Source of the DNA: Candidatus Jorgensenbacteria bacterium
GTDB taxonomy: Bacteria; Patescibacteriota; Minisyncoccia; UBA6257; GWB1-50-10
Direction: 5' to 3'
DNA length: 64,000 nt
NCBI GenBank assembly: GCA_030648515.1
Contig: JAUSHK010000005.1
Span: 162,895-226,894 of the forward strand
Both the position numbers and the translations under genes were made by a program. Below, in pieces: positions 41,798-51,072 of this stretch. The number at the start of each line of letters is the position of its first letter. Position 1 is the first letter of the stretch. The notes under the pieces were generated by a model. It did no database searches. It was not told the DNA's origin and saw only the letters and a list, made by a program, of their open reading frames with translations.

Positions 41798-44227
41798 TCA
41801 CCTGAATATTACATCACTTCCGAAAATCACGTTACTTCCGAGCGAGATTTCCTGCGATTCGCCCGTTGTGAATGACGTATATGAACCATAACTTGTTCCT
41901 CCGGAATTTGTGGCAAAGGCACGAACATAATACGTTACGCCCGCGGAAAGTTCCGATACTAACAAACTATATTCCCCCGTTCCGTATGACCCGCTTTCGC
42001 TAACTGTCCATGTGTCGTCTTGCGTAAGGCCATATTTGAAACCGCGAGCCGTTGCATTTGCTCCGCCGGTAGCTGTAATATTCCCATTTAATGTTGAGCT
42101 CGATACCCCAATGTTTGTTATACCGCTTGTTGTTATTGTCGGTGCGACTGCTGGAGTTGCAAACGAAACATACGAACCATACGCCGTACCTTGAGCGTTC
42201 GTAGCAAAAGAACGCACATAATAAGTTGTTCCAGGCGAAAGTCCGGTCAAAGAACCCGTGTACGCGCCGGTATCGTAAGTTCCGCTTTCGCTCACTGTCC
42301 ACGTGTCGGTCTCAGTCAAGCCGTATTTGAAACCACGAGTAGTCGGCGACGAACCTCCTATATCCGTTATGTTTCCATTCGCAGTTGCCGTTGTTGAGCT
42401 TACGCTTGATGCCGCTTGCGTTGTCACTACCGGAGATGCTGTAATAGTCGCAAAAGAGACATAGGAGCCATAACCAAAACTAGTAATAGAATATTGGTAA
42501 ACTTTCCCCTGACCAATATCAAGAAGGTACATACTGGTTCCGTCTGGCTTGAAATATGAACTTGTAAGCGTTACAGAAGGACTGTTTGCAAAACTTACAC
42601 TGTCGTAACTCGCAGTTGAAACATCCCATGGAGTAGATAGGGTATATTGATATGAGTTCGCCACGCCATATCCGGCGCTGAACATTTTAGTTCCGTCCGA
42701 ATTAAAGAATACAGCGTCTGAACGGCTTAACTGGCTCCCGACAGAAAAGGACTTACTATCATAACTTGCTGTAGAAACATCCCACGGGGTTGATAAGGAA
42801 TATTGGGTGACAATTTTCGTATCATAAGGGCTTACATACATCTTAGTTCCGTCTGATTTAAAATAAGCGTTAATTGGGGATCCTGAAGCCGTGCTCATAA
42901 ATTTAGTATCATAGGTTGCGCTTGTCACGTCCCAGGCGGAACTTAATGAATATTGGAATACTTTTTGTGCACCGTAATCAGTCACGTACATTTTAGTTCC
43001 GTCACCTTTAAAGAATACTCCAGCTGTAAAATAAGATTGGCCTGCCACGCTATAACTTGAATTATAACTTGCCGTAGAAACATCCCACGGGGTTGATAAT
43101 GTATATTGGCCAACTATATGATAAGTAGCGTCGTATGAAGTAATATACATACTGGTTCCATCTGGCTTGAAAGAAACACCAAACTTGTTATCTTTAGCAT
43201 TCGTTATAGCGTAGTTCACGCTGTCATAACTTGCCGTTGATAGGCTCCAAGGCGTCCCTTTCATAGCAAACGCACGGGAATAGTAAGTAGTACCAGGTGA
43301 AAGCCCGGTTAACGAACCCGTGAACGCCCCCGTTCCAAATGAACCATCTTCGCTTATACTCCACGTGTCTGTTTCCGTGAGGCCGTACTTGAAACCGCGA
43401 GTTGTGGCGTTGGCTCCATTGGTAGCAGTGATGTTGCCGTTCCCAGTCGCAGTTGTCGATCCAACACTGGATGCCGCTTGTGTGGTGACTGTCGGCGCGA
43501 TTGCAAGTGGATAAGCCAAACCATTTCCAGAATTATATAAAGTTGTTACTTCAGTAGAAGTTAAAGCCCTACTCCACACTCCTATTTCATCCATATCTCC
43601 TGAATAAAACCATGCAGTTTCGTCGTAACTTGCTCCAAAAGTAACATCTGCTCCAATATCTATTGAACCAAGCCCTGTTAATTGTGTGCTTTGTATTCCA
43701 TCTAAATAAATATACGCTGTTGCTCCTGAATAAGATAAAACTACATGGTGCCAGGCGTTATCGGTTGGAGTTGCTAAATTACTTTCTTTTACTGTTGCGT
43801 TGTCCAAAAACCCAAGAGTGTTTGCTGCTCTGTTTAAATGAAACATAAATCTTGGCGAATAACTATCAAGTAAAGATCTATATGTTCCGCCCGCTGTTTT
43901 TATCCACATTGAAATTGAATAGGCAGTTCCCAACGATGACAATCCGTTCACTGAAATATAATCATTCCCGCTAAGCGTATACGCCGTCCCTATTTTTCCG
44001 GTAGTGCCGTATGTCATTGTGGCACTGACTGTCCCAGTATTTGCTCCGGCGCTATCCGCCGCGTTTCCGCTTGCTTCGTCAAATTTGTAATAAGAAACCA
44101 AACTATCGGTTAAAGCGGCTGCCTTCGTTGTAAAAATGCCTGCTCCGAAATATGTAAGAATGAGCGCGACGACTGCGAGGACGCTGGTTATTTCGTGCGC
44201 AAGTTTTTTTATTTTAGTTTTATTCAT
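41798..44227 (-). CDS. Secreted adhesin-like protein: LamG, three FN3-like modules and a beta-propeller-like repeat domain
   Basis: LVSYYKFDE..MDEIGVWSRAL; 3x GNITATxG..RGFKYG..TYYVRAFA; about 5x QYxLSTPWDVSTASY. Confidence 0.82.
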   Translation of the reverse strand: MNKTKIKKLAHEITSVLAVVALILTYFGAGIFTTKAAALTDSLVSYYKFDEASGNAADSAGANTGTVSATMTYGTTGKIGTAYTLSGNDYISVNGLSSLGTAYSISMWIKTAGGTYRSLLDSYSPRFMFHLNRAANTLGFLDNATVKESNLATPTDNAWHHVVLSYSGATAYIYLDGIQSTQLTGLGSIDIGADVTFGASYDETAWFYSGDMDEIGVWSRALTSTEVTTLYNSGNGLAYPLAIAPTVTTQAASSVGSTTATGNGNITATNGANATTRGFKYGLTETDTWSISEDGSFGTGAFTGSLTGLSPGTTYYSRAFAMKGTPWSLSTASYDSVNYAITNAKDNKFGVSFKPDGTSMYITSYDATYHIVGQYTLSTPWDVSTASYNSSYSVAGQSYFTAGVFFKGDGTKMYVTDYGAQKVFQYSLSSAWDVTSATYDTKFMSTASGSPINAYFKSDGTKMYVSPYDTKIVTQYSLSTPWDVSTASYDSKSFSVGSQLSRSDAVFFNSDGTKMFSAGYGVANSYQYTLSTPWDVSTASYDSVSFANSPSVTLTSSYFKPDGTSMYLLDIGQGKVYQYSITSFGYGSYVSFATITASPVVTTQAASSVSSTTATANGNITDIGGSSPTTRGFKYGLTETDTWTVSESGTYDTGAYTGSLTGLSPGTTYYVRSFATNAQGTAYGSYVSFATPAVAPTITTSGITNIGVSSSTLNGNITATGGANATARGFKYGLTQDDTWTVSESGSYGTGEYSLLVSELSAGVTYYVRAFATNSGGTSYGSYTSFTTGESQEISLGSNVIFGSDVIFR

Positions 44228-44230
44228 GTT

Positions 44231-46240
44231 TTATTTAATAATAAAGCTTGCTTTTTCATTTTGATCTTTCGCTAATGTGGGCCAATTTTTCCAATCAAAT
44301 CGCTTTCCGACGAGGCGGAAGGAGATGGGAATAGTTTGTAGTGAGTAGTGAGTAGTGAGTAGTTGAGCGGAGAAGATGACTTTGTTGCCGGAGATTGCGT
44401 ATGAAACTGGGGCTGATACTCCGATTGGGGTGGCAAAAACATCAACATTGTCAGCGGAAAAATCCACGGCGTTTTTCCAGACCCACAGGTCCGAGCCCAC
44501 CTCGACTTTAGAAAAGTCGATGACGTGCTCGTAGGAGTTTGTCTCCCTACGGGAGATGTCCCGTAGGGACATAGTTGGGACAAGAGTCGCGCGACCGATA
44601 AATTCTTCACGGACGCCTCCGGCGATTGCCGACGCGTATGTTGAATATTTTTTCCCATCAATTTCATAGAGCGGATCGATAGTCGCCGCAGTGATTTTAT
44701 TTACTCCTACAAGATTATTGTTATTCATATTCAAATTTGTGATCGCCGCGCCGCCGAATGAAAGATTGCCGTTCAGCGACGATGTTCCGGTGACGAGAAA
44801 TGTTCCTTCAACAGAGAGCGTGTTTGTCGGAGTTGTCGTTGCGATGCCGACTGCTCCGGAAGTCGTGAGCGAGTATGGCATCTGCCCCGCATCGGGATCA
44901 AAATAATACGAGGAATCCGCAACGTCGTAATAAACGCCGGCCGAGAGATTGCCGTGGATGATGGCACTTTTTACGAACGATCCTGCCGGGCCGACTTCCA
45001 AGTATTCCGTCGGGGATGTGGTTGCGATACCAACTTTCCATGCCGTGCTTGATGCGTATATCGTGCTTCCGTTGAGCAACCAGAGTCCGGCGCTACCACC
45101 CGAGATAGCAGAGTCAACATAACTTTTCGTTGTGGCATCACTATCGCCTACTGGCGTCCCCACGACTACTGGCTGGGAAAAATACGAAGTGCCATTTACT
45201 TCAAATTTGTATGACGGGGAAGTAGTCGCTATACCGACGTTTCCGCCGTTTGGATTTAATAACAATGGTATTTCTGTCGCGAGATTACTTGAGTCATAAC
45301 CCTGTAGCCATGCCCCATATGGGGATGAAAGAGCTACGCCCATATCTAGAGCACCATTTGTGTTTCCGCTCCAAATACGAAATAACCCATTAGTAGTTGT
45401 TCCGGATGTTGCGGGTCCCACTGCAGCACCTGCAATAATTAATTTTGCATTTGGAAAATTTAATCCACCCCAAGTGTTGACTCCAATAGATGCGCTGCCA
45501 ATAACATCTAATTTATTTACCGGAGTACTGGTACCAATTCCAACATTTCCTGCTGTCGTCGCAAGCGTTGTTGTGCCGGTTATGTTTGTTGTACCAAGCG
45601 TGTAAAATGTCGCCGGCAAATTGCTTGTTGTTGAAGTACCAACAGCTAGACCGAGCGGAAACGCGTAATTTGCAGTTGTAAATGGACCGCCTAAAACATT
45701 CGCGGCGTCAATACTTGAAAGATACGCGCCCGTCCCGCGAAACGCGCCGTTTACTGTGCGTATGTCGCCCCCAACAATTAGCCGTTCATCAACGCCTGTT
45801 GAGGTCGCTTTAATGCCGATTCCAATACTGCCAAACTTATTAATGTCCATAACGACAAATCCTGGTAGGTTATCTGGCGCCCCTGATTCTCGATAAAGCT
45901 GGAGATTGCCAAAATTGCGGGCCGACCAAATATATGAATGGCCCGAGGTAAGGTTCTTTACGCCGACTCCAGGACTTGTTGTTGAAGCTACTATAAACAC
46001 GTACCCGTGCGACGACGAGCCGCTTTCCGTTGAGGTGGTGTTAAAAGTACTAACTGGGGAAGGCGCCGTTGTTCCAAAACCGATATTTAAATTTGAATCA
46101 ACACTAAACAGTCCCCCGCCGGTGCCCGCGGATTGGGTAGGACCGATGAAGGCACGGACAGTTTGTAGTGAGTAGTGAGTAGTGAGTAGTTCGAAAACGA
46201 GAATTACTACTACAAAGAAAGTTCTAGGGAAGTTTTTCAT
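44231..46240 (-). CDS. Secreted tail-fibre-like protein with GNVGI(G/A)TTxP repeats
   Basis: Signal-like N-terminus; multiple VGIATTSP/VGIGTSTP repeats; DATTKSYVD neck-like motif. Confidence 0.78.
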   Translation of the reverse strand: MKNFPRTFFVVVILVFELLTTHYSLQTVRAFIGPTQSAGTGGGLFSVDSNLNIGFGTTAPSPVSTFNTTSTESGSSSHGYVFIVASTTSPGVGVKNLTSGHSYIWSARNFGNLQLYRESGAPDNLPGFVVMDINKFGSIGIGIKATSTGVDERLIVGGDIRTVNGAFRGTGAYLSSIDAANVLGGPFTTANYAFPLGLAVGTSTTSNLPATFYTLGTTNITGTTTLATTAGNVGIGTSTPVNKLDVIGSASIGVNTWGGLNFPNAKLIIAGAAVGPATSGTTTNGLFRIWSGNTNGALDMGVALSSPYGAWLQGYDSSNLATEIPLLLNPNGGNVGIATTSPSYKFEVNGTSYFSQPVVVGTPVGDSDATTKSYVDSAISGGSAGLWLLNGSTIYASSTAWKVGIATTSPTEYLEVGPAGSFVKSAIIHGNLSAGVYYDVADSSYYFDPDAGQMPYSLTTSGAVGIATTTPTNTLSVEGTFLVTGTSSLNGNLSFGGAAITNLNMNNNNLVGVNKITAATIDPLYEIDGKKYSTYASAIAGGVREEFIGRATLVPTMSLRDISRRETNSYEHVIDFSKVEVGSDLWVWKNAVDFSADNVDVFATPIGVSAPVSYAISGNKVIFSAQLLTTHYSLQTIPISFRLVGKRFDWKNWPTLAKDQNEKASFIIK

Positions 46241-46614
46241 AGACTGTTTACTAATTTATTCAACATTTTCATCACTTCACTTAATAGTTTTTGAGATTCG
46301 CCACAAAATTCGGTATTGTTGCAAAAATTTAGTTGTCTTGCAATTTCAATTTGAGTTTCTAGCTCAGCGCCGGACCCATAAGCGTTTAGTAAAAAATGTC
46401 GAAAATCTTTTCGTGAACTTCTTCTGCTTCCTTCGGCGATGTTTGAAGGTATTGAAACTACGGCTCGCTTCATCTGTATCCCAAGCGCGTATGTTTCCGT
46501 TTGTGGAAATTGATTAACTAATTTGTAAATTGATTTCACTAATTCCATGGATTTATTCCAAACTATTAAATCTTTGTATGAGCTTATTTTATCTGTTGAG
46601 TTTTGTTGTTCCAT
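46237..46614 (-). CDS. Four-helix-bundle protein (23S rRNA IVS / bAvd-like family)
   Basis: YKDLIVWNKS, FPQTETYALGIQMKRAVVSIPSNIAEG, AYGSGAELETQ family motifs. Confidence 0.92.
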   Translation of the reverse strand: MEQQNSTDKISSYKDLIVWNKSMELVKSIYKLVNQFPQTETYALGIQMKRAVVSIPSNIAEGSRRSSRKDFRHFLLNAYGSGAELETQIEIARQLNFCNNTEFCGESQKLLSEVMKMLNKLVNSL

Positions 46615-46656
46615 TTTCTACTCACTACCAACTACAAACTACTCACTGCTTCATTC

Positions 46657-47181
46657 CTATGGAATGACAATCAGCTGTCCCTGAATCTTTCCTCCCGACG
46701 GGCAGTGATCACGGCACTCGAAGAGAAACGAACCAACTGTGCCGGCTTTAAAACTGATTTGTTTTGTCTCTCCTTTTGGCGCTGTTATGTAAAATCCGAA
46801 ACTTTCCGAAAACATATCGTACGCATTATCCACGGCGGTAAAGTCAATCGTCACAATATTTCCGCGCCCAACAGTGAGCACTGCCGGATCGTAGCCATTT
46901 TTTGTCGCTTTTACTCCGTAAAATCCCTGCCGTTTTGTTTCTCCCGGGTCGGGTTTGATATCGACAGCGGGAGGCGTAAGTGCTGCGTTTTTAGGAACTT
47001 CCGGCGTGAAAGCCGGAATAATTTCCGGCACAGCCGGCCTTTCATTTGTTGATGTCGCCGTTTGCGTAGTTCCGCCTGTCCCCGGCAATGCCGCCTTTTG
47101 GCGCGCAAAAAAACCGGCCGCCGCGATACCAATAATAACAAGTACGAGCGCAACAATAAGCCCGAGATCTTTTTTGCTCAT
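46657..47181 (-). CDS. Membrane-anchored cupredoxin-fold protein
   Basis: GYDPAVLTVGRGNIV, AVDNAYD, FLFECRDHC; paralog of 38353-38892. Confidence 0.75.
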   Translation of the reverse strand: MSKKDLGLIVALVLVIIGIAAAGFFARQKAALPGTGGTTQTATSTNERPAVPEIIPAFTPEVPKNAALTPPAVDIKPDPGETKRQGFYGVKATKNGYDPAVLTVGRGNIVTIDFTAVDNAYDMFSESFGFYITAPKGETKQISFKAGTVGSFLFECRDHCPSGGKIQGQLIVIP

Positions 47182-47326
47182 CTCACCTAGAATTATATCA
47201 AATGGGCGCCCTAACTTTTACTGAGCGTCCAAAATGCGGTCGGGATGCGTTGGTATATAATGAAATAGCAAACAGGAAATCATAGCGGCGGGAAAAAATA
47301 TTATTTATCATTCATAATCCACCCAT

Positions 47327-48295
47327 ATGCGCGCATTAAAGATTCTTTTTTGGGCCTGTATCGGCACCGTGCTTCTTCTCGCTTCAATCATCGCGGCGTT
47401 TTCAAATCGCGCAAGCGCGGCGACAAATATAAGTTCAACCGTAACTGAACATTTTGCATGGAACGATACTATGGGGTGGATTGATTTTTATACACCAAAC
47501 ACTGTTTGGGTGTGGGGGTACAAAGTTGAGGGGTACGCAAGTTCAAGCGTCGGCGATGTGTCGCTTGATTGCACAACAACAAGAAACGGGAATATATGTG
47601 CTACTTCGAATTATGGAATCTGTAATGGAGTTTACTCCACGTCAACTGGGTGCACCGCGGACGCTTCAGGAGATTTAAGCGGCTACGCATGGAACGATAC
47701 AATGGGGTGGATTAGTTTCAGTTGCTACAATCACGGCAATTGCTCTCCGTCTTATGGAGTATCGGTGAATGGAAACACCGGCGAATTCAGCGGCTACGCA
47801 TGGAATGACACTGTCGGGTGGATTAGCTTTAATTACACGAACCCCGGGTCTCCGACTTCCACGACCTATTTTGTAAATACAAATTGGCGGGCCACTTCGA
47901 GTATCGGCTACATTGAATCCGCCACAGTTGATACACAAGTTGTTGGCGGTGCAACGCTAAATAGTATTACGTGGAAAGGCACAAAGAGCGCGAACGGAGT
48001 CTCAAGCGCGACGTATGTTGATTTCCAAGTCGCTGCCTCAAATAGCTCCGCCGGACCATGGACATTTGAAGGCCCGGACGGAAGTGAAACCGATTATTAC
48101 GGGGCGTCATGCTCTGATGCTGGGTTTACCGGAGGAACAGCAATAAACGGGGCCGACCCCGACGTGCCGATTTGCATTAACCCCGCGCAAGTCGCAAACT
48201 ATCGGTATCTCCGATACAAAGTCCGCCTGCGAAGCAACCTGATTCAAAATGACACACCGAGGGTTGATGATGTTATTTTAAACTGGAGCATATAA
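47327..48295 (+). CDS. Secreted Cys-containing protein with three AWNDTxGWIxF repeats
   Basis: Signal peptide; repeated motif, with a DNA-level repeat near 47678 and 47789. Confidence 0.75.
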   Translation: MRALKILFWACIGTVLLLASIIAAFSNRASAATNISSTVTEHFAWNDTMGWIDFYTPNTVWVWGYKVEGYASSSVGDVSLDCTTTRNGNICATSNYGICNGVYSTSTGCTADASGDLSGYAWNDTMGWISFSCYNHGNCSPSYGVSVNGNTGEFSGYAWNDTVGWISFNYTNPGSPTSTTYFVNTNWRATSSIGYIESATVDTQVVGGATLNSITWKGTKSANGVSSATYVDFQVAASNSSAGPWTFEGPDGSETDYYGASCSDAGFTGGTAINGADPDVPICINPAQVANYRYLRYKVRLRSNLIQNDTPRVDDVILNWSI

Positions 48296-48298
48296 CGC

Positions 48299-49696
48299 AT
48301 GAAAATATACAATACCTTATCTCAAAAAAAAGAACTCTTTAAACCGCTACATGGAAAGCGCGTTGGCTTATATACCTGCGGGCCGACGGTTTATAACTAC
48401 GCGCACATTGGGAATTTGCGAACATATATTTTTGAGGACATTCTTGAACGCGCGCTAGAATACGACGGGTATAGCGTAAAACGCGTTATGAACATCACGG
48501 ATGTCGGCCATCTTACATCCGATGCCGACAGCGGCGAGGACAAGCTTGAACGCGGGGCTGAGCGCGAGAAGAAAACCGTGTGGGACGTCGCCAAGTTTTA
48601 CACTGACGCGTTTTTTGCCGATTTGAAATCTTTAAATATTGAAAAACCGAAAATTACCGCGCCGGCGACAAAATTCGTGCCGGAGCAGATAAAAATAATA
48701 AAAAAGCTTTTTGAGTGCGGCTTTGCGTACGAAACCTCAAGCGCGGTTTATTTTGACACAAGCAAATTTAAAAAATATACAAAACTCTCGCGGCAAAAAC
48801 TTTCCGAAAAAAGAACTGCCTCGCGCGAAGCCGTTGTGGAAGATTCCGAGAAGCGCAATCCGTCGGATTTCGCGCTTTGGTTTAAGCTAGTCGGAAAATT
48901 TAAAAATCACACTATGCAGTGGAAGTCCCCGTGGGGGACCGGATTCCCGGGGTGGCACATAGAGTGTTCGGCAATTTCCACGAAGTTTCTCGGACAGCCG
49001 TTTGATATTCACACCGGCGGAATTGACCACATTCCAGTGCATCACACGAATGAAATTGCGCAATCCGAGGGCGCATTCGGAAAACCGCTTGCCAAGTATT
49101 GGATGCACGGCGAATTTTTAGTAATAGACCAGGCGCGCATGGGAAAATCCGCCGGCAACTTTTTAACTCTCAAAACATTGGAGGAAAAGGGATTCAACCC
49201 GATGCATTACCGTTATCTTGTTTTAACAGCGCACTACCGCTCCCCGCTTAATTTCACGTGGGAAAGTTTGGAAGCGGCAAAAAATGCGTACGAACGGCTT
49301 AAAGAACAAATAGCCACTGCTGTCGCCGTGAAGTCAAAAGAGCCGGCGGGGAAATTTACAGAGGTGTTTCTTAAAAAATTTAATGCCGCAATCAATGACG
49401 ATCTTAACGCTCCGGTCGCGCTCGCGGCCTTGCATGAATTTTTAAGCGTCTGCGCCGTGCATTCAGTTTCGGGAGTGAGCGCGCGCGAAACAATCAAAAA
49501 AGCGGATTCCGTGCTCGGGCTAGAGCTTTTGAAACAGGACAAAATCCCAGCAAATATCATACGTTTGGCGCGCGAACGAGAGTTATACAGAGGAAGTAAA
49601 CAGTTTGTGCAGGCCGACTACTTGAGAAAACAAATAGAATCGCTAGGATACAAGGTAAGCGATACGCCGTCCGGACCGGTTGTTCGGCGGACGTAA
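48299..49696 (+). CDS. cysS: Cysteinyl-tRNA synthetase
   Basis: CGPTVY..HIGN, PGWHIEC, RMGKS. Confidence 0.98.
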   Translation: MKIYNTLSQKKELFKPLHGKRVGLYTCGPTVYNYAHIGNLRTYIFEDILERALEYDGYSVKRVMNITDVGHLTSDADSGEDKLERGAEREKKTVWDVAKFYTDAFFADLKSLNIEKPKITAPATKFVPEQIKIIKKLFECGFAYETSSAVYFDTSKFKKYTKLSRQKLSEKRTASREAVVEDSEKRNPSDFALWFKLVGKFKNHTMQWKSPWGTGFPGWHIECSAISTKFLGQPFDIHTGGIDHIPVHHTNEIAQSEGAFGKPLAKYWMHGEFLVIDQARMGKSAGNFLTLKTLEEKGFNPMHYRYLVLTAHYRSPLNFTWESLEAAKNAYERLKEQIATAVAVKSKEPAGKFTEVFLKKFNAAINDDLNAPVALAALHEFLSVCAVHSVSGVSARETIKKADSVLGLELLKQDKIPANIIRLARERELYRGSKQFVQADYLRKQIESLGYKVSDTPSGPVVRRT

Positions 49697-49712
49697 GAAA
49701 CGCTTATCAAAT

Positions 49713-51068
49713 ATGTCTAAACTTCCAAATGACTTGCGGGTGCCGCCGCAGGATATTGACGCAGAAATATCAGTGCTTGGCTCGCTCATGCTAGACAAGA
49801 ACGCGATTGTAAAAATCGCGGACGTTTTAACAGCAAATGATTTTTATCATCCCGCGCACCAAAGAATTTACGAGGTTATTATTGAACTATTTGAACACAC
49901 GAAGCCAATTGACCTTCTCACTGTCTCGCACGAGCTTAAAACAAAAAAGCAATTAAAAGACATCGGCGGATCGCAGTATCTTGCCGACCTTGTGGCGCGC
50001 GTGCCGACGTCGGCGCATATTGCGGAATACGCCGAGGTGGTTCGCGAGAACCGCGTGCGCCGCGACCTTATTAACGCCTCATCTGAAATCAATGAGAAGG
50101 CGATGGAGAAGCGGGATTTTGAAAGTTTGCTTGATGACGTTGAACAGAGAATTTTTAATATTTCCCAGCGCTCGCGCACGCAAAAGTTTATGCCGCTCAA
50201 AGACGAGCTCTCTATCGCTTACGAACGTTTTGAAAAACTTCATCGTGGTGAACGCGACACGTATCGCGGCATCCCGACTGGTTTCCGCCAGCTTGATAAT
50301 CTTCTCTCGGGCCTCCAAAAATCCGACCTGATTCTTTTGGGAGCGCGGCCATCATACGGAAAAACATCGCTTGCACTGGACATCGCGCGGCAAGCGGCGC
50401 TTATGGGACGCTCAGTCGGCGTTTTCTCGCTTGAAATGTCGCGCGATCAGGTTATTGACCGGCTTATCGCAAGCCAGGCAAATGTTCCGTTGTGGCGGCT
50501 TCGAAGCGGACACTTAAACGACGAGCTTGAATTCGCGATGATTCAGCAGGCGCTTGATGAGCTTTCAAAGATACCGCTTTTTATCGACGACTCCGGTTCG
50601 CAAAATATTTTGCAAATGCGCTCTATGGCGCGCCGGCTTCAGATCGAGCACGGGCTTGAGCTTGTTGTTATTGATTACCTCCAGCTTATCCAGCCGCGGA
50701 CCACGAGCGACAATTTAGTCCAGCAGATAACTGAAATATCGCGCGGTTTGAAATCGCTAGCCCGCGAACTCAACGTGCCGGTGCTTGCGCTCTCTCAGCT
50801 TTCCCGCGATGTTGAAAAACGCGAAACAAAAGTTCCGCGCCTTTCCGACTTGCGCGATTCCGGTTCGCTTGAACAGGACGCTGATGTTGTTATGTTTATT
50901 CACCGCAAAGATCGCGACCGCACCGACATTTCTGATGAAGAGAAAAACACGATTGAGCTTATTATCCAAAAACATCGGAATGGCCCGCTTGGCACAGTCC
51001 AGCTGAAATTTGATCCTGAGCGCGTAACGTTTAGAAGCATTGACACGGAACACGCGCCGGCAGAATAA
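49713..51068 (+). CDS. dnaB: Replicative DNA helicase DnaB
   Basis: GARPSYGKT, FSLEM, IDYLQL, LSQLSR, DLRDSGSLEQDAD; no intein. Confidence 0.98.
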   Translation: MSKLPNDLRVPPQDIDAEISVLGSLMLDKNAIVKIADVLTANDFYHPAHQRIYEVIIELFEHTKPIDLLTVSHELKTKKQLKDIGGSQYLADLVARVPTSAHIAEYAEVVRENRVRRDLINASSEINEKAMEKRDFESLLDDVEQRIFNISQRSRTQKFMPLKDELSIAYERFEKLHRGERDTYRGIPTGFRQLDNLLSGLQKSDLILLGARPSYGKTSLALDIARQAALMGRSVGVFSLEMSRDQVIDRLIASQANVPLWRLRSGHLNDELEFAMIQQALDELSKIPLFIDDSGSQNILQMRSMARRLQIEHGLELVVIDYLQLIQPRTTSDNLVQQITEISRGLKSLARELNVPVLALSQLSRDVEKRETKVPRLSDLRDSGSLEQDADVVMFIHRKDRDRTDISDEEKNTIELIIQKHRNGPLGTVQLKFDPERVTFRSIDTEHAPAE

Positions 51069-51072
51069 GAGC

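Noticed and set aside
42590-43260. Regularly spaced DNA repeats resembling a CRISPR array
   Set aside because: They are degenerate in-frame coding repeats (STPWDVSTASY); no cas genes and no identical repeat-spacer structure.
46237-46614. Diversity-generating retroelement suggested by the Avd-like gene
   Set aside because: No reverse transcriptase and no TR/VR pair with adenine-specific mismatches seen in the window.
36291-47181. Prophage suggested by tail-fibre/S74 proteins
   Set aside because: The proteins have signal peptides, and no integrase, terminase, portal or capsid genes are present.
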